Numbered from the stretch's first letter, positions 31,738-42,314 are shown. The stretch: DNA of 64,000 bases from Candidatus Binatia bacterium (GCA_963666515.2 OY762897.2:992001-1056000); one strand, 5' to 3'. The notes: a model not told the origin generated them from the sequence alone. Translations and numbers: made by a program.

Positions 31738-33251
31738 GACCCCCCGGTTCCCTTCTCCGTTACCCAACGGCGTAACGACTTCACAAAAGGCAGCGTCACG
31801 GTGGCGAGCGTCAGGATCATGAGCACGATGACGATGGGCTGGGTGTAGAAGATGTCGTAGCGGCCGTCGGAGATCATGAGCGATTGCAGGAATGCCTGTT
31901 CGGCCAGCGGCCCCAGTATGAAACCGATCACCACGGTGATGAGCGGGAAACCGTAGCGGCGCATGCAGTAGCCGAACATGCCGGCCGCCACCGCCAGCCC
32001 CACGTCGAAGATGCTGGTCCGCAGCATGTACATGCCGACGAACACCAGCACGAGGACGAACGGCGCGATGGCCCGCGAGGGGAGGGTGCTGAGCCGCGCC
32101 AGCCAGGGCACCGCCATGAGTCCCAGCCCGCTGGTGAGGATCTGGCTGATGACGATTCCCAGCAGCAGGGCATAGACCAGGTCCATGTGATCCCGAAGCA
32201 GGAGCGGCCCTGGTTGCAGGCCATGTAGCACGAAGGCGCCGAGGAGCAGGGCCATGTCGGCGCTGCCTGGGATGCCGAAGGCCACCGTCGGCAGGAGCGA
32301 GCCCCCGTCCTTGGCGTCGTTGGCGGTCTCGCTGGCGATGATCCCTTCGAGGTTTCCCGAGCCGAAGGTCTCGGGCTTGTCCGAGCCCTGGATGGCGACG
32401 ACATAGGAGAGGAATGATGCCACACCGGCGCCCACCCCGGGGATCACGCCGATGCCGGCGCCGATGGCCGTGGCGCGCCCCACGGCGAGGGGTCTGGAGA
32501 ACGTATCGCGGATTCCCTGGAGGGTCTGGCGCCGCCAGTCCGCGCCGGTGGCGCCAGCCGCGGCGCTCGCGGTTACGCCGCCGCTGGCCGAGTAGCTGAT
32601 CAGCTCGCTGACGGCCAGCATCCCCACCACGAAGGGGACCATGGGAATGCCGTCCCACAGGTACTCGCTATCCAGGGTGTAGCGGTAGACGCCGTACATC
32701 TCGGTGTACCCGATGAGGGACAGCAGTATCCCCAGTCCGCCGCCCACAAGCCCCTTGACCATGTTGCCCTTGGCCGCGAACGCGATGGTGACGAGCCCGA
32801 ACACCACGAGCCAGAAGAACTCCGGCGGGCCGAAGGCGTACACCACGGGCTTCACCACGGGCAGGAGGGCGAGGAGGATGACCGCGCCGCCCAGGGAGCC
32901 CACGAAACAGGCCGTGGCGGACACGGCCAGCGCCCGGGCGCCCTCGCCCCTGCGGGTCATTGGATAGCCGTCGAGGCAGGTGGCGGCGTTGGGAGGGGTG
33001 CCGGGGGTGTTGAGGAGGATGGCGGGCACGGACCCGCCGAAGGTGCCGCTGCTGATGATGCCCGAGTACATGAACATGGCCAGCATGGGGTCCATGCCGA
33101 ACGTAAACGGGAGCACCACCGCCAGGGCCGTGATGGTTCCGAGCCCGGGAAGCGCCCCGAAGATGACGCCCAGCGTCGTCCCCATGAAAAGCATGAGGAC
33201 CGCGGCCGGGTCGGCCACCCTCAGGGCGGCTTCTGCGAGTGCCGTCTGCAT
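31734..33251 (-). CDS. Tripartite tricarboxylate transporter permease TctA
   Basis: GALPGLG, GGSVPAILLNTPGTP, DGYPM, ETANDA, FGIPGS, HGLQPGP. Confidence 0.93.
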   Translation of the reverse strand: MQTALAEAALRVADPAAVLMLFMGTTLGVIFGALPGLGTITALAVVLPFTFGMDPMLAMFMYSGIISSGTFGGSVPAILLNTPGTPPNAATCLDGYPMTRRGEGARALAVSATACFVGSLGGAVILLALLPVVKPVVYAFGPPEFFWLVVFGLVTIAFAAKGNMVKGLVGGGLGILLSLIGYTEMYGVYRYTLDSEYLWDGIPMVPFVVGMLAVSELISYSASGGVTASAAAGATGADWRRQTLQGIRDTFSRPLAVGRATAIGAGIGVIPGVGAGVASFLSYVVAIQGSDKPETFGSGNLEGIIASETANDAKDGGSLLPTVAFGIPGSADMALLLGAFVLHGLQPGPLLLRDHMDLVYALLLGIVISQILTSGLGLMAVPWLARLSTLPSRAIAPFVLVLVFVGMYMLRTSIFDVGLAVAAGMFGYCMRRYGFPLITVVIGFILGPLAEQAFLQSLMISDGRYDIFYTQPIVIVLMILTLATVTLPFVKSLRRWVTEKGTGGS

Positions 33252-33283
33252 CGCGTCCGTCGAGACGCTTGCTTATCGGTAGG

Positions 33284-34243
33284 CTACTTTTTCTTCAGCA
33301 GCGGCTTGAGCCCTTCCATGATCTTGGCGTTGGCCTGCAACACCTTCCAGGTTGCGTCGGGGCCGTCGGGATTGAGGAAGAAGCCCCCCTTCAAGGCCCA
33401 CTCCTTGAAAGCGGCGTCGTCCACGATCTCCTGCATCGCCTTGCGGATGACCTGCAGCTTGTCGTCCGGCGTTCCCGGCGGCGCGGCCATGATGCGCGGG
33501 ACTCCCAGCACCGACAGTTGCGAATACCCCAGCTCGGTGGTGGTGGGGATGTCCGGCAGGTTGGGATCCTTCTTGTCCGAGATGAAGGCCAGTATGCGCA
33601 GGTCGTCCAGCACGTTGCGGACGTGCACATAACCGCCGGCTCCCGCCTCGGCGTCGCCGCGGGCCACGGCAAGCGCCGCCTTCGGGAGGTTCTTGTAGCC
33701 GGTGACGAACTTGACCGGGAACCCCAGGGTGGCGCCCAAGGCGTTGGCCTCGACCCAGGTGACGGCGCCGACTCCGGTGGTGGCGAACTTGATGGGGCGC
33801 CCGGCTTTCTTGAAGTCCGCCAGGCTCTTGATGGGCGATTTCTTGTTGACGAAGACGAACTGCTTGGCGTCCGTGAGCTTCAGGATGATCTTGAACTTGT
33901 TGTAGTCGATGGACGCCTTCTTGCCGCGAAGGATCTCGTTCGACTGGAACGAGACGAAGTGGACGAAGCCGATGGTGTATCCGTCGGGCTTGGACTTGAA
34001 CAGCACCACCGCGCCCTTGCGTCCACCCGCGCCCGGGTTGTTCTTGACCACTACGGGCACGCCGAGCTTCTTCTCCAGGTCCGCGCCCATCTTGCGCCCG
34101 AGGCGGCCGTAGGCGCCGCCGGCGCCGAACGGCACGATGACGGTGATGGGCTTGTCCGGGTAGGCGGCCGGCGTTTCGGGGGCGTTCGCCAGCACCAACG
34201 CGCCTGACACCAGGCCGATTGCCAACAGTTTCACAAAATGCAT
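33284..34243 (-). CDS. TTT substrate-binding protein TctC/Bug
   Basis: Signal peptide, YPDKPITVIVPFGAGG, NNPGAGG, PDGYT, PDIPTT.E, PPGTP. Confidence 0.92.
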   Translation of the reverse strand: MHFVKLLAIGLVSGALVLANAPETPAAYPDKPITVIVPFGAGGAYGRLGRKMGADLEKKLGVPVVVKNNPGAGGRKGAVVLFKSKPDGYTIGFVHFVSFQSNEILRGKKASIDYNKFKIILKLTDAKQFVFVNKKSPIKSLADFKKAGRPIKFATTGVGAVTWVEANALGATLGFPVKFVTGYKNLPKAALAVARGDAEAGAGGYVHVRNVLDDLRILAFISDKKDPNLPDIPTTTELGYSQLSVLGVPRIMAAPPGTPDDKLQVIRKAMQEIVDDAAFKEWALKGGFFLNPDGPDATWKVLQANAKIMEGLKPLLKKK

Positions 34244-34298
34244 GTTCCCTCCTTGAAACAGGTGTTTGAGTAATTCGCCGGCGAGGATGAGCCGCGGC

Positions 34299-36053
34299 TC
34301 AGCCGGCGGGGTTACGGCATATCACGTTCAACAGGGCCTGTCGCCCATCTTCCTTGACGGCCTTGAGGCTGCGCTGCAGGGCGGACGGGAGGTCCGCCGG
34401 ATCGTCCACGCGCTCGGCGTAGGCGCCGCACGCCTGCGCGGTCAGCTCGAACTGCGGCGACGGCGACAGGTCCGTGCCCGGGAAGTTGCTGGTCTGGTGG
34501 GCGACCCCGTCCGGGTACAGCTCGCGCACGGTGCTGAGCGTCGCGTTCCAGGCCTGGTTGTTGTAGATGACGGTGAGGAACGGCACCTGGTACTTCTGCG
34601 CGGTGAAATGGCATGCGGTGGGGACGCAGAACATGTAGGAGCCATCCCCCTCGCAGGCGATGACCGTGTGGTCGGGGGCCGCCAGCTTGGCGCCGATGGC
34701 CGCGCCCATGCCCCAGCCCAGGTGGCCCGCCGGCGCCTGGTCGAAGAACGATCCGGGCCGCTCCAGCCCCAGCACGGGACCCAGGGGCGAGGTCACGGCC
34801 TCACCCATGACGATGGTCTTCTCGTCCACCACGTCGGCGATGCAGCGAGACACCCACAGGGGATGGATGGGGCGCTCGTCCTTCACCTTGTCGATGCGCG
34901 CCGCCATCTCCGCGCGCGTCTCTTCGTGCGCGGCCCTGACCCGTGCGCGCCGCTCCTCCACGGCCTTGCGTAGCGTGTCCGAGCCCTCCAGTCCCTGCCG
35001 GACCAAGCCGTTGAGCACCGGCAGCGTCACGTCGGACGAGCCGGTCATGGCGTGATCCACCGGGAATCCCCACACCGGAATGGACGAGAACAGCGGGTCC
35101 ACCTCCAGTTGCAGCACCGCGGCCTCGGGCCGGAGAATGTCCCGGGTGGCGGGCGTCCACGGCACGTCGATGTCCACCAGAAAGACCACGTCCGCCTTCT
35201 TCACGTGCCCGGGAATGTCGTGGCCGCCGTGGCATGGGTGGCTCGACGGAAAGTTCATGTACGGCGACTGCGGGTGCTGCACCACCGGTATGGCCAACAG
35301 GTCCGCCAACTCCACCAGCGGCGCCACCGCGCCGGGGGTCTTTCCCAGGTAGCGCGTCACGATCACCGGCTCGGACGCACCCATGAGGACTTCCGCGGCG
35401 CGCTCCAGGTCCCCTGCGGGCGTCTGGATCTTGCTCGGCGGCTCGAATACCTCCGCGGACACACGGGTGGTCTCCATGGACTCGTACAGCCATTCACGAG
35501 GGAGCGAGAGGTACACGGGGCCGCGGGGCTCGGCCATGGCGATCTTGAAGGCGCGAGGCACGATGGCGCCGAGCTGCTCGTTGGCGCGGTTCTCGAAGTC
35601 CCACTTGACGAACTCGCGCACGATACTGCCCTGGTCGCGGGACTCCTGGCGCCAGTGGATGTGGCGGCTCTTGCCGCCCGCCACCTCTCCCTCGGTGACC
35701 GGCGTCCTTCCCGCCACAAACAGCATCGGCACCTGGCACGCCTTGGCGTTCATGAGCCCGCCCAAGCCGTTGGCGGTGCCCGGCAGGGTGTGCACCAGCA
35801 CCACCTGCGGCTTGCCCGAGGCGCAGTAGTAGCCGTGGGCCATGGACACCGCGGCCTGCTCGTGCGGTACCACGACGATCTCCGCCCCCTTGGACTCGCT
35901 GCGGTGCATCTTGGCCAGCGCCTCCAGGATCGGGCCGTGGTCCGTCCCGGTGTTGGCGAAGATGTAGTCCACGTCGGGATTGGCGTTGAGTTGCGCCAGA
36001 AAGGCTTCGGCGCCGTTGGCCACGGTCACGTCTTCGAATTGAGGTCCCGGCAT
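34299..36053 (-). CDS. Thiamine-pyrophosphate-dependent enzyme (ALS/benzoylformate decarboxylase-like)
   Basis: VPHEQAAVSMAHGY, GPVYLSLP, LGWGMGAA.G, GDGS...YNN; alternative start up to 36086. Confidence 0.88.
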   Translation of the reverse strand: MPGPQFEDVTVANGAEAFLAQLNANPDVDYIFANTGTDHGPILEALAKMHRSESKGAEIVVVPHEQAAVSMAHGYYCASGKPQVVLVHTLPGTANGLGGLMNAKACQVPMLFVAGRTPVTEGEVAGGKSRHIHWRQESRDQGSIVREFVKWDFENRANEQLGAIVPRAFKIAMAEPRGPVYLSLPREWLYESMETTRVSAEVFEPPSKIQTPAGDLERAAEVLMGASEPVIVTRYLGKTPGAVAPLVELADLLAIPVVQHPQSPYMNFPSSHPCHGGHDIPGHVKKADVVFLVDIDVPWTPATRDILRPEAAVLQLEVDPLFSSIPVWGFPVDHAMTGSSDVTLPVLNGLVRQGLEGSDTLRKAVEERRARVRAAHEETRAEMAARIDKVKDERPIHPLWVSRCIADVVDEKTIVMGEAVTSPLGPVLGLERPGSFFDQAPAGHLGWGMGAAIGAKLAAPDHTVIACEGDGSYMFCVPTACHFTAQKYQVPFLTVIYNNQAWNATLSTVRELYPDGVAHQTSNFPGTDLSPSPQFELTAQACGAYAERVDDPADLPSALQRSLKAVKEDGRQALLNVICRNPAG

Positions 36054-36204
36054 ATTGAGTTCTCCGTTCGTTTCGGTGCTCATCAAGTATCAACCGCATC
36101 CCTCGCCTGTCAAATCGACGTTCCGGCGTGGTTCGGGTTTGACCGGGTATTCGAATCATTTTATGTTCGACGTTCAGCACACGGGAGACACGGAGGGAGC
36201 GGCC

Positions 36205-36567
36205 ATGAGCGAGTCTGGAAAGGATTCGGAGAAGATCGAGGGCACCTACGTGTTCGACGGAGCCCAGTCGCGCAAGGGCTACCGCCTCAACAGGTTCTTC
36301 TTCTCCCTCAACAAGGCCGAGAACCGCGCGGCCTACAAGGAGGATGCCGAGGCGCTGATGGACAGCTTCGGGCTGTCCGACTGGGAGAAGGAGAAGCTGC
36401 GCGAGAAGGACTGGCTGGCGTTGGCGCGGGAGGGCGGCGCCAACATCTACTTCATGTACAAGATGGGCTCGGTGACGGGCGACAGCCTCCAGCATATCGG
36501 CGCGGCGTTCCGCGGGGAGACGCTGGAGGAGTTCCTCAGCACGCGAAAGGTCCAGGGGGCCAGGTAA
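36205..36567 (+). CDS. ligA: Protocatechuate 4,5-dioxygenase alpha subunit-like
   Basis: GTYVFD, GYRLNRF..SL, D.L.L...GG.NIYF..K; immediately upstream of the beta subunit. Confidence 0.8.
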   Translation: MSESGKDSEKIEGTYVFDGAQSRKGYRLNRFFFSLNKAENRAAYKEDAEALMDSFGLSDWEKEKLREKDWLALAREGGANIYFMYKMGSVTGDSLQHIGAAFRGETLEEFLSTRKVQGAR

Positions 36568-36568
36568 C

Positions 36569-37417
36569 ATGGGCAGGATCGTCGCAGGAATCGGATCGTC
36601 GCACGTCCCCGCCGCGGGCGCGGCGTTCGACCAGGGCAAGCAGGACGCTCCCGAGTGGAAGCCGCTGTTCGACGGCTACCGGCCGGCCATGGAGTGGCTC
36701 CGGGAAGCCCGCATCGACGTGGCCGTCTTCATCTACAACGACCACGGCTCGGGCTTCTTCTTCGACAAGTACCCCACCTTCGCCATGGGCGTGGCCGACA
36801 GCTACCCGCCGGCGGACGAGGGCTGGGGCCCGCGCCCGCTGGAGCCGGTGCCCGGTGACCCCGAGTTCTCGTGGCACGTGGCCGAGTCGCTGATCCGTGA
36901 GAGCGAGTTCGACATGACCGTGTGCCAGGAGCTGACGGTGGACCACGGGCTGCTGACGCCGTTGCCGATGCTTTGGGCCCACCAGCCCAGTTGGGACATC
37001 AAGGTGGTGCCGGTGGCGGTCAACGTGGTGCAGCACCCGCTGCCCACGGCGCGCCGCCTGTGGAAGCTGGGGCAGGCCCTGCGCTTGGCCGTGGAGAGCT
37101 ATACCGAGGACATCCGCGTGGCAGTCCTGGGCACCGGCGGGTTGTCGCATCAACTCCACGGCGAGCGCTTCGGCTTCCGCAACGAGGAGTGGGACCGGCG
37201 CTTCATGGAGCGCATCGTGAACGACCCCGAGGAACTGGTGGGACTGTCGCACCACGACTACATGGTGCAGGGGGGCGCAGAGGCGGTGGAGATGATCATG
37301 TGGCTGGGCATGCGCGGCGCCATGTCCCCCGAGGTGAAGCTGGTGCACCAGAACTACTACGCGCCGATGCTGACCGGCATGGGCCTGCTGCTCCTGGAAG
37401 ACACCGCGACGTCGTGA
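36569..37417 (+). CDS. ligB: Class III extradiol dioxygenase beta subunit (protocatechuate/gallate 4,5-dioxygenase)
   Basis: SSHVPA, YNDH, VDHG, GTGGLSHQL.GER.G, E.IMWL.MRGA. Confidence 0.88.
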   Translation: MGRIVAGIGSSHVPAAGAAFDQGKQDAPEWKPLFDGYRPAMEWLREARIDVAVFIYNDHGSGFFFDKYPTFAMGVADSYPPADEGWGPRPLEPVPGDPEFSWHVAESLIRESEFDMTVCQELTVDHGLLTPLPMLWAHQPSWDIKVVPVAVNVVQHPLPTARRLWKLGQALRLAVESYTEDIRVAVLGTGGLSHQLHGERFGFRNEEWDRRFMERIVNDPEELVGLSHHDYMVQGGAEAVEMIMWLGMRGAMSPEVKLVHQNYYAPMLTGMGLLLLEDTATS

Positions 37418-37419
37418 AT

Positions 37420-38301
37420 ATGGAGCGCGCGCAGGAAGGAACGGACGCGCTCCGGGTGACGCTTCTGGGCACGGGCCGGCCCAAGCCCCAGCCGGGGCGC
37501 ACGGGTCCTGCGGCCATGGTGGAGGCGGCCGGAAAGTATTTCGTCTTCGACTGCGGCCGCTGCACCCTGCAACGTCTGGAGGAAGCCGGGGTCCCCATGG
37601 GCGAGCTTCGGTACCTGTTCCTTACCCACCTCCACTCCGACCACATCGTGGGCATCCCCGATTTCTGGCTGACGCCGTGGATCTTCGGCCGCGGCGACCG
37701 TCCGTTGCGCGTGTGGGGACCTGAGGGCACCAGCCGGATGATGTCCAAGCTGGCAGAGGCCTTCGAGTACGACATCCACCTGCGCCGGGACGTGGACGAG
37801 CGCCTCGACCCCGGCGGCGTGGAGGTCATCGCCGAGGACGTGAAGCAGGGCTTCGTCTATGAGGAGGAGGGCCTGAGGATCACCGTCTTCGACGTGGACC
37901 ACGCGCCCATCAAGCCCGCCTTCGGCTACCGCATCGACTACAACGGACGGTCTGCGGTCCTTTCCGGCGACACCCGCTACAGCGAGAACCTCATCGAGTT
38001 CTCGCGCGGCGTGGACCTGCTGGTGCACGAGGTCGCCGCCGCCCCTGCGGCCGAGCTTCAACGCTCCGAGCGGCTGGCCCACGTCATCGGCCACCACACC
38101 TCGCCCGAGGAAGCCGCATCGGTCTTCTCCCAGGCCAAACCCAAGGTCGCCGCCTTCACCCACGTGGTCGCGTACGGCGTCGAGCGCGGCGAGATCCTCG
38201 AACGGACGCGGGCAGGCTACTCCGGCGAGTTGGTCATGGGCGAGGACCTGATGCGGTTCGAGATCACCGACGAAGTGACGGTCGTCCCGCCGGGGTCGTG
38301 A
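37420..38301 (+). CDS. MBL-fold hydrolase (RNase Z/arylsulfatase-like)
   Basis: LLGTG, FDCG, THLHSDH, SGDT, HE, HHT, TH. Confidence 0.88.
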   Translation: MERAQEGTDALRVTLLGTGRPKPQPGRTGPAAMVEAAGKYFVFDCGRCTLQRLEEAGVPMGELRYLFLTHLHSDHIVGIPDFWLTPWIFGRGDRPLRVWGPEGTSRMMSKLAEAFEYDIHLRRDVDERLDPGGVEVIAEDVKQGFVYEEEGLRITVFDVDHAPIKPAFGYRIDYNGRSAVLSGDTRYSENLIEFSRGVDLLVHEVAAAPAAELQRSERLAHVIGHHTSPEEAASVFSQAKPKVAAFTHVVAYGVERGEILERTRAGYSGELVMGEDLMRFEITDEVTVVPPGS

Positions 38302-38426
38302 CGGCTGCCATGTCGTTGCGTTCGAATCACGAAAACGGTTTACTTGGAAACCGCATTCGCGGTAGAGGGGGGGTATTCCGGTGGGATAAGCCAAGACCAT
38401 TTTTCCCGAGCAGAAAGGTGCTGAAG

Positions 38427-40997
38427 ATGAAAACCAAGACCTCCGTATTGGTTATTGTCGGCGTGCTCCTGCTGGCGAGCGTCCTTTCCAATGCACGCCA
38501 AGCCTCGGCACAGCAAGCCTGTCCGCCCCTTCCCGATGGATCCCCTTCTGCGAACCTGAGTGTCACGGCACAACAGGTAGAGGCAGGCGACGCTAGCCTC
38601 AAGGACTTCGTGCTGGCTGCGAGAGATCGATATAGCGCCTTGGCCAAAGAATTCCCGCCTATGGAAGCAGTAGCACGCTTCGGATGTCTCGTCAGGCACG
38701 AGGTTTCTCCTTCTCGTTCCACCTACATTGTGGCGCTGACGCTTGACGGCAGGGTGTTTGTTCACGCGAAGGACATGTCCTTGTCGGGCAGGCAGATAAA
38801 CTTCTTGATATACGGCGAAATTCTTTCCGCGCTCGGAGCATCCTCCAGCGATCTATTGGGCCTGGCTTCCTCCGATCCCGGTGTCCGCGACCAAGCTGGT
38901 GCCTCCATCTTCAGGACGCTTGCTCAGCAACTGGATGGCCCGTTCGATGCAACCACTGCCGTGCCAGGCCTGCGGCCAGGGATTCCGGGTGCCTCCGGAT
39001 ATGCTGGCGTATACCTGTCGGGCAATGTAGGGGTTCCGCTGGTGCTGGTCGCCGGTTTCGACCTCAATGAATCTCATGTGACCCGCGAAGACATCGACTA
39101 TGGCGATCCGGCCATAACTGCCAAGGACGTAGTGGATCGCGAAACCTTGAAAGCCTTCGTCGCGGAGGCATCCAAGTTCATTGTCGATACCATCGAGAGC
39201 AGCGATCCAAACGCTCTTTCGAAAGCCCGGATCGCCTTGCGGGATCCGGACGGCCCTTGGCGACACGGTTCGGTGTACCTCTACGTACTGGATCGCAACA
39301 GCAACATCATCCTGTCCCACGGCGCGTTTCCGGACAGATTTGAGCTTCGACCTCTGGTACCGACGGTCCGAGATGTCGTGACCGGAGAGTTCGTCCTGTC
39401 CCAGGTCCTCGCCGCGGCGGCCAGCAGCCCGGAAGGCGGCTTCGTGCAGTATTACTTCGACAATCCCACCGACGACACCGACAGCGCCGACATCCCCAAG
39501 GTGGGCTACGCCCGCCAGGTCACCGGTGTCACCAGTAGAGATGCAATCCCCTACGACTACGTCATCGGGTCGGGTTTCTATCTGAGCGCACCCAACGTGA
39601 CCGCCGCGCGCCAGAACACTGCCGTCACGGTCGTGCTGCCCCAGGTCATGCGGGCCATGACCGCGAGCACGGTCGATGCCGTCTCCGGCCGCATCCAGCA
39701 GGCCACCGCCGCCGGCGCCGCGCCGGCCAAAGGCTTCCGCCTCGGCGGCGCCTCCACGCTCTCCGATGCCCTGCTGGCCAACGGGCGGGCACTGGGGAAC
39801 GGCACTTTCGACCTCAGCCGGCTGCTCGCGGGCTCGTCCTTCACCCTGCCGCTCAACGCGGCGAGGACCAAAGGGAGCGGGCCGTTCGGGAACCTGACGC
39901 TCTGGGGCAGCGGCGACTACCGCAACTTCGACGGCGGCAACAGTAATACGATGACCTACGACGGCAACGTGGTCAGCGCCAACCTCGGGGTCGATACCCG
40001 GCTGGGCGCGGACCTGCTGGCGGGGATGGCGGTGGCGTGGGCGCGGGGGGCGGTGGATTACATCGACTCCAGCCTGACGGGCGAGTTCACCACCACCGTG
40101 ACGAGCGTCAACCCCTACGTGGGCTGGCAGGCGCCGAGCGGCATGAACCTGTGGGCCACGGCCGGCTATGGCTGGGGCGAGGTGGAGATCGACGATCCGG
40201 CGGAAGACGCGCAAGCGAGCGACCTGACGCAGCGGATGGTCGCGGCGGGGGTGAGCGGGCCGCTGGCGTCCAGCGATCAGTTGATCGAAGGCGGCACCAC
40301 GAGCCTGCGGCTGAAGGGCGAGACGGCCTTCACGTGGGCTGATATCGAGGGGGCCGGAACCCTCCAAGGCGTGAAGTTGAATGCCAGCCGGCAACGGCTG
40401 ATGGTCGAAGGGGTGCACGACCGGACACTCGCCTCGGGGGCCACCCTCACCCCCTCGGTCGAGGTGGGCATGCGGTATGACGGCGGGGACGGCGACACGG
40501 GCCAGAGCCTGGAGATCGGAGGCGGCCTTCGCTATGCCGACCCGGCCACCGGGTTGACCGTCGAAGGCCGTGCCCGGACCGTGCCGGTGCATGGCGGCGA
40601 CTACCGGGAATGGGGCGTGAGCGGGCTGGTGCGGCTCGATCCCGGCGCGTCTGGTATCGGGCTCGCCCTCAGCGTGCAGCCGGCGTGGGGCCGGACGGCC
40701 AGCGGGGTGCAACGGTTGTGGGAGACCGGCATGACCGGAGGCGTGGCAGCCAACCCGGCGGCCGGGCGCGTGGACGCGCGGCTCGCCTATGGCATCGGCA
40801 CCACGTGGGGCGGCCAAGGTGTGCTGACGCCCTACACCGACGTGTCGCTGTCCGGGGAAGGGTCCCGGCGGCTGAGCGTGGGCGGGCAATTCAACATCGG
40901 GCCGTCAGTGAGGATGAGCCTGGAAGGCGTGCACAACCGGCCGGCGCGGGGCCTCACAAGCCACGGCGTGATGCTGCGCGGCAGCATGAACTGGTAG
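38427..40997 (+). CDS. Autotransporter with Cache-like passenger domain(s)
   Basis: Signal peptide; single-Cache-like segment WRHGSVYLYV...HG...GGFVQYYF...KVGY...IGSG; C-terminal beta-barrel (LWGSGDYR, PYVGW, LTPSVEVG) ending in W. Confidence 0.8.
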   Translation: MKTKTSVLVIVGVLLLASVLSNARQASAQQACPPLPDGSPSANLSVTAQQVEAGDASLKDFVLAARDRYSALAKEFPPMEAVARFGCLVRHEVSPSRSTYIVALTLDGRVFVHAKDMSLSGRQINFLIYGEILSALGASSSDLLGLASSDPGVRDQAGASIFRTLAQQLDGPFDATTAVPGLRPGIPGASGYAGVYLSGNVGVPLVLVAGFDLNESHVTREDIDYGDPAITAKDVVDRETLKAFVAEASKFIVDTIESSDPNALSKARIALRDPDGPWRHGSVYLYVLDRNSNIILSHGAFPDRFELRPLVPTVRDVVTGEFVLSQVLAAAASSPEGGFVQYYFDNPTDDTDSADIPKVGYARQVTGVTSRDAIPYDYVIGSGFYLSAPNVTAARQNTAVTVVLPQVMRAMTASTVDAVSGRIQQATAAGAAPAKGFRLGGASTLSDALLANGRALGNGTFDLSRLLAGSSFTLPLNAARTKGSGPFGNLTLWGSGDYRNFDGGNSNTMTYDGNVVSANLGVDTRLGADLLAGMAVAWARGAVDYIDSSLTGEFTTTVTSVNPYVGWQAPSGMNLWATAGYGWGEVEIDDPAEDAQASDLTQRMVAAGVSGPLASSDQLIEGGTTSLRLKGETAFTWADIEGAGTLQGVKLNASRQRLMVEGVHDRTLASGATLTPSVEVGMRYDGGDGDTGQSLEIGGGLRYADPATGLTVEGRARTVPVHGGDYREWGVSGLVRLDPGASGIGLALSVQPAWGRTASGVQRLWETGMTGGVAANPAAGRVDARLAYGIGTTWGGQGVLTPYTDVSLSGEGSRRLSVGGQFNIGPSVRMSLEGVHNRPARGLTSHGVMLRGSMNW

Positions 40998-41231
40998 ACG
41001 TACCCGGTTAGATGGATAAATCCAGGTAACTCCACTCTGGGACTCGGTCTAAGCGCATACAGGGGGAATGTGATCGTCTATAATTCATGTAATATTCATG
41101 TAAAAACCATGATTATTAGTGCTAAGTTCACACATTTTTGATATACTAACAAATGCAATTTATAAATTTACAAAGACACGCGGGCAGAGTCATGCGCGCT
41201 CACACGGAGGTAAACCGAGGAGGAAACGATC

Positions 41232-42314
41232 ATGAAGGTTCCGGGCTGCGTTTATAAACTGGCTGTTTTTCTGGTTGTCTGTACTTGCGGGTTTTTCTCG
41301 GGCGCGCCCTCCGCCTTCGCAAGCGAGAGTGACTGCCCACGCCCTGCGGGCGTGACCATTAATCCTCTTGCCACGCCGGCGGTAAGGGCGGACAGCGGCG
41401 ACGTGACGGGCCTGGCGCTGGCGGCAAGATCATACAGGAGTGTCATCACCAATCACCTGGAACGAACCTACTTCTATTGCCTCATCAGGGAGGACAACGG
41501 CGTCTGGCGTGCCGGCGATACCTACCTCATCTTCCTTCTCCCGGAAGACGCCAGCGGCTCGCCCGGTTCGCCCGGGTGGCGGGTGTCTGTACACGCGAAG
41601 GACATGGGCTTGGGCGGCAGGCTGCTCAATCCCGCTGCCACCAAGGCCATCCTTCAAGCGATCGGTGAAGTCGATAGCGACGGCGGCCGGGTATCCGGGG
41701 GAGGGCACGCCGTCTGGTATAAAACCCCCCTGTCCCATATTCCCGGTATCCTGCTCGCCGGCGTGGATATTCAGGAATCCGACCTGGTGGACGAACCATA
41801 CGACCCCGCAATTATCCCGGACGTAACGGCCAGAGACGTGGTGGACCGCCAAACGCTGAAACAATTCGTGAACGGGGCGATAGCCGAAGTGGCCGAGATA
41901 TACTTGGAGGAAGATATTATTGGCCAGGCAAAAATAAGGCGTGTCCTCCGGGACCCGAACGGCCCCTGGAGGCACGGCTCCGTCTACCTGTTCCTGATGG
42001 ATGACACCGGCTACGTGACCGTTCACGGGGCGTTCCCGGACAAATACGAATACCAGAGGCCCACGGACACCCTGCGGGACGCCGTCACCGGCAAGCTCAT
42101 CCTGCCGCAGATCATCGAGGCGGCGAAAAGCAGCCCGGAGGGCGGCTTCGTGGAGTATTACTTCGACGACCCGAACGACGACACCGACAGCGCCGACATC
42201 CCCAAGGTGACCTTCGCCCGCGCGTATGAATTCGAGGCCGACTTTGCCGGAAGGCTTGTAAAATTTGAACGAATCGTGGGCGCGGGCATTTACTTGGCCT
42301 CACCCAACAGGTGA
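41232..42314 (+). CDS. Secreted Cache-domain protein, paralog of the autotransporter passenger, lacking an in-frame barrel
   Basis: Signal peptide; shares VHAKDM, DVVDR.TLK.FV, GPWRHGSVYL and SSPEGGFV.YYFD.P.DDTDSADIPKV with 38427-40997. Confidence 0.78.
   Translation: MKVPGCVYKLAVFLVVCTCGFFSGAPSAFASESDCPRPAGVTINPLATPAVRADSGDVTGLALAARSYRSVITNHLERTYFYCLIREDNGVWRAGDTYLIFLLPEDASGSPGSPGWRVSVHAKDMGLGGRLLNPAATKAILQAIGEVDSDGGRVSGGGHAVWYKTPLSHIPGILLAGVDIQESDLVDEPYDPAIIPDVTARDVVDRQTLKQFVNGAIAEVAEIYLEEDIIGQAKIRRVLRDPNGPWRHGSVYLFLMDDTGYVTVHGAFPDKYEYQRPTDTLRDAVTGKLILPQIIEAAKSSPEGGFVEYYFDDPNDDTDSADIPKVTFARAYEFEADFAGRLVKFERIVGAGIYLASPNR

Noticed and set aside
31213-32658. 481-aa ORF overlapping tctA
   Set aside because: Only the last ~174 aa (from 31737) look real (TctB-like); the rest is an alternate-frame artefact.
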